Below are positions 54,839 through 64,000 of a stretch of DNA of 64,000 bases, piece by piece; the stretch's first letter is position 1; the number at the start of each line of letters is the position of its first letter. The DNA lies in NCBI GenBank assembly GCA_964057225.1, contig OZ059899.1, forward strand, positions 15,438,001 through 15,502,000, read 5' to 3'. The DNA is from Auanema rhodensis. Its lineage: Eukaryota; Animalia; Nematoda. Under the pieces are notes generated by a model. The model was given only the letters and a program-made list of their open reading frames with translations. It was not told the DNA's origin and ran no database searches. The translations under genes were made by a program, and so were the position numbers.

Positions 54839-55225
54839 TTCCCTTCCATAGCATATAGAAAGTGAGGTATGAAAAGCAGGAAATATGAGAGCTAAATCGA
54901 AGTGATAAGGTAATAGAAGAAATTATTTTGAAAAAAAACAAAAGAGAGATCGTACAGGAAGAAAGCAAACATCTATTCATATATTTCATCAAACTATGGA
55001 TAGTTTGTTAAGATTAATGATGAAAGGTAAAAGGAAAGGAGATCTCTGTCTCTCGCGCGCGCGAGCGCTCTCTCTCTTTATAACTAATTAGAGATTAAAT
55101 TAAAAGCTTCCGAAATAATTATAATTAAAGGAAATACATCACAGAAGAAAGATTATGTTTTAAATGTTTTAAAAAACAAAAGTTGAGATATATAGACAGA
55201 TAGAGAGATAAAGAAAAAGAAAGAA

Positions 55226-55327
<102 letters not shown>

Positions 55328-56369
55328 AAATAGAAATTAAATATCAATAACAACAAATAAATTCAAATGAGAGAGAGAGAGAGAGAGACGATTTCTAATA
55401 ACTATATAAAGAATATAAAAGGTTTTTAGTAATATAGTAACCTCTTATTTCCTTTTTCTGTTCAAAAAAAAGATCAAAAGTTGAGAAAGTAGTGGAACAG
55501 GTTCTAAGTATAGATGCAATAATAATTCCCCCAATTCTTGATTAGCGATGTTTTTACTGTTTTCCCTCTATATACCTCCTCTCACTTCCTTTCTCTCTCT
55601 CTTCCTCTTACTATCTCGCGCTCTCTCTCTTTATCTCTTAATCTTTCTTTAATTTTCTATTTTTTTTACCATATCCTATGCTTTTTCTGGATATTAAGAT
55701 CAATAATCTAATCAATATTCATTCGTATTTATCCGAGAAAAATGAAAAAAAAAAAGATTTCCTTTTAGAAAATAAAAAAGAAAATTTTGTAATCAAAATA
55801 AAAATTTATAAATAGTAACAGATGATTAAAACAAAAAAAAAAGAAAAGAAGGTGAAACTACTGACTGTAATATTTGGGGTAATATGTCTTATGTTTGAAA
55901 AAACTGGTTAGAAATTTGAAAAAAAAAAAAAGTATCGAGAATTTGTAATCTAAGATCTAAATGAGAATTTAATTTGATAAAATTAAAATTAATATAATGA
56001 ATTATTTTATTTTTAACTATATAGTTTATACATATAGTTATGTATATAGTTTAATCGATGATAATGATATGAGGATATGTGGATGGGAGGAGATGGCATT
56101 GTTGAACAATTGAAGTTGTTGCTGTTGTTAGTTGGATCATCATGTTATCCACGAGGATAATACATGATACATGAGGCTGCTGACCCTTCTAGCTGTTTCA
56201 TGTTAAAGCGATGAAGCTGTTTATGCTACTATGAATTTCTTAAATTTCTTTGAACGTTTTCATACAAAAAAAATGTTTCAAAGGTTCATAAATCAGTTTT
56301 TCTTAATCATATTCGTCGTTCTCTCTCCCTCTCTTTCTCTCTTTCTCTCTCTATCTCTACCTCTATCTT

Positions 56370-56412
<43 letters not shown>

Positions 56413-57422
56413 TTTTTTCTCGATCTTTCTTTATTTTGGTACTTGAAGATGAGCGGGAAGAATGAGAAATGAAGGTGAGCTGAGGGAATTCCCCCCCCCC
56501 CCTTTTCGTATGACGCAGAATAAGAAGATAGAAAAGAGGCGGAAGTGTTGATTCAAAAAAGTTCAAATGAAGGTAATTAAAGATTTGGAGAAAAGGACGG
56601 AAAAGAAGAAGAAATAATGTAGAAGATGAGTTGGAAGCTTGTTGAGAGATGTATAGAGCAAATTTCTATAGAAATGACATGTCAATTCAACTAATATGGT
56701 CAAATACAAGCATGTTTAAAGCTTTTTGCAAAGGTTTTTGTTCATTTTCATGCAAAAGAGGGTAGAAGATTTGTAAACAGAATGAATGAAAGTTGAGTTG
56801 GACATATGAGAAGCGGGAAAAGTGGAAACGAATGTATATTAAGTCATGAATAGAGTAATCTAGTATATATAAGCTTTAAGTTTGAATAGTTAGAAAGTTT
56901 TAAGTTTTAACAAGTTTATAGAAATGAAATGAAAGATAATACATCATCATGCATCTCAACAAACTGCTAAAGTGTGAATGATGTAATGTAAAAGAAGAAG
57001 AAGAAGAAGAAGAAGATATTTCACAAAAAAATGAGAAAGGAAAAGAGATAAATTCAAAGAAAATCAGATAGAAAAATGAAAAATTCATTAAGATTATTCA
57101 GTTTGAGCTTATATTCATCAAACTGTATTGACCACATACAGGCACAACCATGTATGTACGTCAATTGACCTTGTAGCCTAGATGAACATGAATTTTCAGT
57201 TTATCACACACTCCTAACCCAAAGGCTTTAATTCGCTTTTTGAAATCAAAATTATTTCCGTTTGATGCCGACAAAATAGAAACAAAAAAAGCGCTGACAA
57301 TCCGATGATTCTCATGTGACACCAGCTGGTCACATCGTTTAAATGGTTAAGACATTGAAAAAGTGTATTTTGATAGAAATAATAGATATGTTCCGTATAA
57401 TATATGAAGAGAGTAGTATTCT

Positions 57423-57427
57423 CAAAT

Positions 57428-57491
<64 letters not shown>

Positions 57492-58190
57492 TCGTTCATT
57501 ATTAACGCAAACCATTCTCAACTTCTCATTTTACGGAAATAGAGATTGTGGGAGTTCTGGTGAAGAAGTCAAAAGATGACAAAAGCTCTCCAGAAGAATG
57601 GAACAAAGTTCAAATATTGAATATATCTTGAACAGATACATGTTGCTCGTTTATATAATAGTTTTCATTACTTTTGGATTAAATAAATTTCGAAAAGTCA
57701 TGAATGCAGCCGCTCTCATGCAAAGTTTTGCAGAAAATGAGAATTCACGTGAACACGTGAACCTGTTATTAGATCATTTTTCAAAATAATCTTTGAGCTT
57801 TCTCACAAAGAATATTGAAAAGCTTTTCAACATCATGAAATACAAAATAACTTCAAAAATTTTAATAAAATAAAAATTGAAAATTTAGTTTTATTAAAAA
57901 TTAAATAAAAACTTTATAGTTATAGATAGATAGATTTTAGTCATGAATAATATTATATTTCGTATAAATTCAAATTTTTGTTTAACACCAAGTTTAGATT
58001 AGTAGACTAGACTCTTGTTTCTCTTCTATTTATTCGTCCTTCTGCTCTCACTCATATACGTCCATCCTGCCGTGTCCACCTGATCAAAAGTTCTCAGTTA
58101 ACCTTCTCTCTCTCTCACAAAATGATAATGAAAATATAGAAAAAAATGAGAATAGTCAAACTACAATCAAAATATATATTCAAATTCTCC

Positions 58191-58249
<59 letters not shown>

Positions 58250-58466
58250 TCTCTTAAAAGAGATATAAATTTTTTGCTTTGAAATAGTTTTAAATCCAGA
58301 ACCAGTAATTATTCCTATTTATTCCTTCACAAGAACTCCCACAATCTCTATTTCCGTAAAATGAGAAGTTGAGAATGGTTTGCGTTAATAATGAACGAGG
58401 AAGAGAGAAAAAGAGAGAGAGAGAAAGAGAAAAAGAGAGAAAGAAAGAGAGAGAGAGAGAATTTGA
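57423..58466. repeat. Long inverted repeat (arms ~57423-57565 and ~58325-58466)
   Basis: CTTCCTCGTTCATTATTAACGCAAACCATTCTCAACTTCTCATTTTACGGAAATAGAGATTGTGGGAGTTCT(G/T)GTGAAG occurs in both orientations with 1 mismatch. Confidence 0.9.
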
Positions 58467-60735
58467 ATATATATGGAATACATGTAGTTGGAGTAGTTGT
58501 TGTGAAATAGGATAATTTAAATGAAACAGAGAAAGGTCAAGCAGATAGACAGTTAGAGAGAAATAGAAAAGAGGGAGTGGCCTGTATAAAGGAGGAAAGA
58601 GAGAGAGAGAGTGTGTGTGTATGTGTGTATGAGTGCTTCCATATAAACTTTTTTCGAGAAAAAACTTATTTTTGGCCATAAAATCATCGAAATCTCTGCA
58701 TTTGCGCATGAATGCAGTTGGAGAATATATTTGATTGGATAGTGAGGAAGTAGTCAACACTTCATATAACGTTTAACTGTCCGTTTGACTGATATATTTA
58801 TTTTCGTTGACATTGATATTTCGTTTGTTTCGTGAAGATTGATCTTACCTGCTGAGCATGCTACTCCCTCCGTCCCTCCCTCACATTTCTCTCCACTTAA
58901 CTAATCGTGTACTTCATCATATCATTTAGCTTAACTTTTATTTATTTTCCTGCTTTTAACACAAGTTCATCATATCAATCTTTCATTCTTCTAGTGTGGT
59001 AGATATTCAAAATTGATCTCAACAGAACATTCAATCAAACAAAAAAATTGAATGTAAATAGTAAAAATAAAGAAAAAATAAATATAAAATGATGAAAATG
59101 ATATATGAAAGATGGTTCAATCATCCATTTCTTTGTTCATTTATCTTGTCTTTGAAGCTTTTAACTATTGAATCTATTTCAAGAATCAAGCAATTGGATA
59201 CTATGAATGAATATAACAACATAACAAGAAAAATCATTTAATGGAAAGAAAACGAAATTTAAACTTGAAAATTCAAAAGATTATAATGATATTGGATGAA
59301 TCATGAAGTATATAGATTTGAATTCAAAGAATTGTGGGAAAGATTGATGGTGAACATTCTCCTGAAACCGATCTCAGTTACCTGACCAGTCAAATTCTCA
59401 TCTCACTAATTCATAACTGATTTCTATAAGAGATTGAATTTCAATCAAAGTTACATGTTTGAAATCAAATATACTCTCACGTATAGCTTAAACATTAAAA
59501 ATTAGTTTAAACTGAATGATGTTAGCTTTGAACTTTGTTCGGATAAACATTACTTTTGAGAGGAAGAACACTACGACCATAGATGAACCACGATATAAGG
59601 AATTGCTACTGAGAGATTAAAACTTATCATTTTCAAATGAATATAGTCCCTTTTGAAACACTAACTATACGTATATACAGATGAAGTTATACAGATTGAA
59701 AAATATATATTCAAGCTTAGTTTATTCAAAATAAGTTGAAAACTTAGCTATGAAATTTGAACGTTAACAGATAGAAATAGAGCCCTGGGGCTAAGTACTC
59801 AAGGAATTCAACTATCCCGAAGGCAAATAGTTGGACGCCCACCCTTTTCATGAAAATGAAAATCTACAATTCCCATTTAATGATGATGTGATGAATATAA
59901 ATATGAATAAAGTATAGTGTTCAAGTAAGATAAGTTGTTTACAAAACCATTTTGGATTATTTTAAAAATTTTTGAAAACAAAATTACAAAGGTTATCGAT
60001 TAATTTCTTAATTATATAAATTATTCGATCAATAAAAAACAATTCAGTTAAATATCTTTTTGAATAAGATCGTTCAAGATGTTTCTTCGTATACTAAAAT
60101 CTTAGCTTTCAAGCTTCTTCTCTATCACAGTCTAATGCTGCTGAGTTTGAAGTCGATTCTTCATTCAACAGAATTCTTAAACATCATCTTCAAAATAATT
60201 CCTGTCCTTCATAACATTGAAAAATAATATATTTTCTAAATAGTTTATCACTACAATCTATATAATTCTAATACTAAATCTAGTTTAATATCTATTTATA
60301 AAGAAAAAAAATATAATACAAAATAAATTTACAATTGAAGACTAACTAACTGAACTAACTAAGATTTTTCTAAAATTAATTTAGAAAATGTATAACAATC
60401 AATGATTTTTCACATAAAATATTTGAAATAACTAGAAATTTTGGAAGAAAAACAATGAAAAAACATCATCTAGTCCTCCTTGTATGGCTATGCCTATGGT
60501 ATATGTATGATGATAACCTGATGTTTATACACATAAGAAGAAGAAGAAGAAGAAGATGAAGAAGAAGAGGAGGATGAGGAGGAAGAAGAGGAGGAAGCGG
60601 ACGAAAATCCTTCAAAGAATTGAAAAAACCCGCAAAATCACCGAATCTGTAGTTATGATGACCATGATTGGTCAACCCTGATTACGGTATTTCAAACAAA
60701 ACAAGGTCCGAAAGAGTGAACTACTCATCGGCGGC

Positions 60736-62337
60736 TTAGATATCACCAGAAATAAGTGTTTGACCAAATTGAAGAGGATCTCCAGCTTTGATTGAAAACT
60801 TGATGGTTGGTGGAGCTTGGAAAACCTGAAATATGCTCTTAAAAGGAGAAATACTCAAGATGTAGCTGATACCAAGACTATAGTTGATCCTAAACGGAAT
60901 TCTCCCACACGATCTCCTGAAAAGAATGGAGCATGGATTGGGACATCAGCCAGCTCAAGCTTGTCTACACGTTTACGAACAACATTAGTTCGGAGATTGG
61001 GTTCCTGAATAGAATGAGATGAGGACTGTAGAACTTGAACAGAAACTTACAGCATCAATGACAATGTCACCAACATTGGTAGCTGCAACAGCTGACATGG
61101 AGAAGAAGCCATGCTTCCAAGTTCCATTCAACACAACACGTTCGTTCAAACAGAAGAGATGAGGAACATGGCTGAGAAGAGAAGGCTTAACAGAGAGTAG
61201 AAGGCCTGAAACATAGAAATACTTCAAGTTCAAGAAAGAAGCTGAAGGTTTTACCTGGAACATGACGGCATTGTCTGGCTACCCATCTAGCTGGACTATG
61301 GAAAGCATGATAGTTTCCAGGAGCCAAGTAAATGACAACTTGATAGAGATCAAGTTCATCCTAAATTAGACAAATAGGAAGTAAACAAGGATCTGCTTCG
61401 AAGAGGACAAACCTTCTGAGATAGTTCGACGTCGCCAAGAAATGATTCAACATCATAGTCATGTCCTTTGACATATTCAATCTTTCCATCTTCAACTTTT
61501 CCAAAATGAAGTACAATTCCATCAGCTGGTGACACCTTCAATTATTTATTTTCTTTATAATTAAATAAATAAAATTATAATTAATATAACTAACCAATGA
61601 ACTATCACTTATTGGACGTGCTTCTTTCTTTAATTTTCTGTTGAAAAATTCAGAAAATGAACGATAAGCCTGAAGAAACAAAAACATTTTCTTTGAAATT
61701 ATCTTTCAATTTAACCTTCAAGTTTGGCTCAACAGCCTCTTCCATGTTGCAATCATAGATTCTTGCAAATAATCCAAGAAGAGATTCACGAATAGACATA
61801 GGTATCTCTCGATTTGCTAGACTTCCTGCAAAGCGAGAAGCAGCATTGAATGGAAGAGAAAGATAAGTTCGTATCTAAAAATTTGAAAAATTAGGAAAAA
61901 GACAAGCAAAAAGCCAAACAAACCTTCCAATTTGAATAATAATGTTTGCTATCAACTATTTCTCTCCAATCAGGAGTAAAGAGATATCCTACGTATGTGC
62001 CACCACCTACTACAACACTGGTTAATGCAAGCCATTTGATCCATTTTCCTTAAAATACAGAATCTATGCTAAGAGAAGAGAATATATTTGCTTAGATACT
62101 TTTAGGTACTGAAGCTTTCTCTATGATCTTAGCAGTAGTAGCAGTAGCAGTAGAAGTAGTAGAGGATCCTTCACTTAGAAGTTTTGAAGACGTTTTGAAA
62201 GAACGTACACTCAGAGGATTTTCCTTTAACAAACATTTCATCAATATTCATTTCATAGAACTTACTTTGAAACTTTTGAGTAATTGAGCTTTATATAGAA
62301 CTGTGCCACGAAAAACAGGACGAATAACAGAAAACAT
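60736..62337 (-). CDS. psd-1: Mitochondrial phosphatidylserine decarboxylase proenzyme
   Basis: Basic presequence [11 protein letters not shown]...; [36 protein letters not shown], and the [11 protein letters not shown] self-cleavage motif. Confidence 0.95.
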
Positions 62338-62506
62338 CTAAATCCATGTGTTTCCTAATAATAAAAAACTAATAATGGTATTAAAGGTTTATAAACCTTC
62401 AAATAAGAAACGAAAGAAAGAAAACGTGACAATTGAAAATCCATAACAATAACAGAAAAACAATAAATTTTAAACAAAAAAATAATAACAAGTAATTCAA
62501 ATTTTC

Positions 62507-64000
62507 CTATAAAAGTTGTTCCAATCTCATCGTCAACTCACTTAAGGTAACCATGACATTTTCTTCTACTCTTTCTGTGAAAGAACCTTTGTTTGGCAAG
62601 CTGTTAATCAGATAACTGAAAGCTTCCTGAAATACGGGAAATTAAAATTTGTTAATAGGAAAGAAACTGAATATCATACCTCTGGTGAGGAATATTCCCA
62701 AGATTCTTCAGTTTCGAAGACTACATCTACACCTTTCACACCTCCAAAAACCAGCAAAATTCGTCTGAATATATAAGCTTTTACTAGAAATATAGTTGAA
62801 CAAGAAACTAACAAATCGGTTAAGGTACTAATATTCAATTCACTAACTGGTTGACCTTTGGGAGATGTTCCTAATATGTAATTATATTTATCTCTATAAT
62901 ATTAATATTAATTAGTTTTAATTAATTTTAAAAACTCACTTTTTTATAATATCTTTCAAACTAGTAGCAAAACTAACAGAATATCCCCAATATGATCCTG
63001 TAGTTTCACGAACATGTTTAGCACTTGTAAGACTTCCTTTGAATTTTTTTTTGGCTGAAAATTAAAAGATTTGAGAGGTAAAGTAAAAAGGTTGAGAACT
63101 ATACCATCATGTAAATTAGAAATTTCCACAGTTACTCTTGTACCAGCAGGCAAATCAACCTCATCTACTAGTTGAAGATCCTGTAATAATAATAATAATG
63201 TTTTCTTTTGTGAAATAATCGAACCTTATCAAGACCAATATCACATAAAGGTCCTTGGCCAGCTTTTATAGGCTTATTTAGTACTATACCTTCCCTAAAT
63301 GGAATGGAAAGGTTATCACTTTTGAGATGATGATGAGCATCAAGAGGATTGAGAAGACCTGAATTTCAAAAAAATTCGATTAGAAGGAACAGTTGGAAAA
63401 TAATACCTGCAAATTTCAAAGATCTTTGTTTTGGGAACAACTGTTTTCTAAGATATTGAGGGCATTCCAAGTATTCCAAAATCTTTGCAAGAATAAAACA
63501 AGATTCAAAATTATGGTCTGAAGGTTGAATATCTCCATACCAACTTCCAGAATAGTATGAATCGATTGATCTAAATTAAGATCTTTACAATACACGAATA
63601 ACGATAGTTCTGTCTCACTCTTGAGTCAATTTTGAAGTTTCGTCATAAATAATGATTTCTTCTACACAAAACAGAGTAGCAGCACGAGCAATCTAAGATT
63701 ACATAATTATCCAATTATAACCAAACTCGTTAAACATGAGTAGCTAGAAACAAAAAAAAGAAAATCTATACCTGGCCAGCCATATATGTACGAAGTTCAC
63801 CACTTTGCCCATTATTCAAAAAAGATCCAGGAACGGCAATAGAGATGGAATAAGCAGGACCTAAACAATACTTTTTCTAGTGTTAGGTTAAGAATCGGAA
63901 TAACCTTTGGTTTCCTTTGGTTCATCTTTTTGTTTCACAATAGTTTGTTGTTCTTCATACATTCGTATAAGCTTTTCCTCACGCTTACTGGCAGTTTCTG
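62507..64000 (-). CDS. SPOUT1/C9orf114-like RNA methyltransferase (5' end beyond window)
   Basis: SIAVPGSFL, GQIARAATLFCVEEIIIYD, LEYLECPQYLRK, AGLLNPLDAHHH, FREGIV, LLVFGG. Stop TAG at 62507. Confidence 0.9.

Noticed and set aside
59781-59845. Small GC-rich hairpins downstream of psd-1
   Set aside because: Too short, with no supporting ncRNA or Helitron features.

Overview
Eukaryotic DNA from an AT-rich rhabditid-type nematode, inferred from the many ~40-60 nt GT-AG introns, TTTCAG acceptors directly before start codons (consistent with SL trans-splicing), and nematode-specific gene families. There are no prokaryotic features. I assembled the genes by hand from splice signals. In order: an unknown helical protein; a zip-2-like bZIP factor; an Srh/Sri-type chemoreceptor; a ZP/cuticlin membrane protein; pri-1; hlh-11 (AP-4); a decayed chemoreceptor remnant next to a 2.4-kb GC-rich minisatellite; a second chemoreceptor; intron-containing tRNA-Tyr; a catalytically dead secreted carboxylesterase carrying a prion-like 25-aa repeat; an ACOT13-like thioesterase; tRNA-Thr; an STA-2-like STAT; a small four-TM gene absent from the ORF track; psd-1; and a SPOUT1-like methyltransferase, probably in an operon with psd-1. 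The most interesting element is the zip-2 locus. The first AUG of the spliced mRNA opens a 133-aa ORF in the -1 frame across four exons. The bZIP frame is open over the same stretch but has no AUG until 4098, so full-length ZIP-2 appears to need a +1 ribosomal frameshift or a non-AUG start. Exon boundaries are manual, and comparisons to C. elegans proteins are from memory, not from a search.
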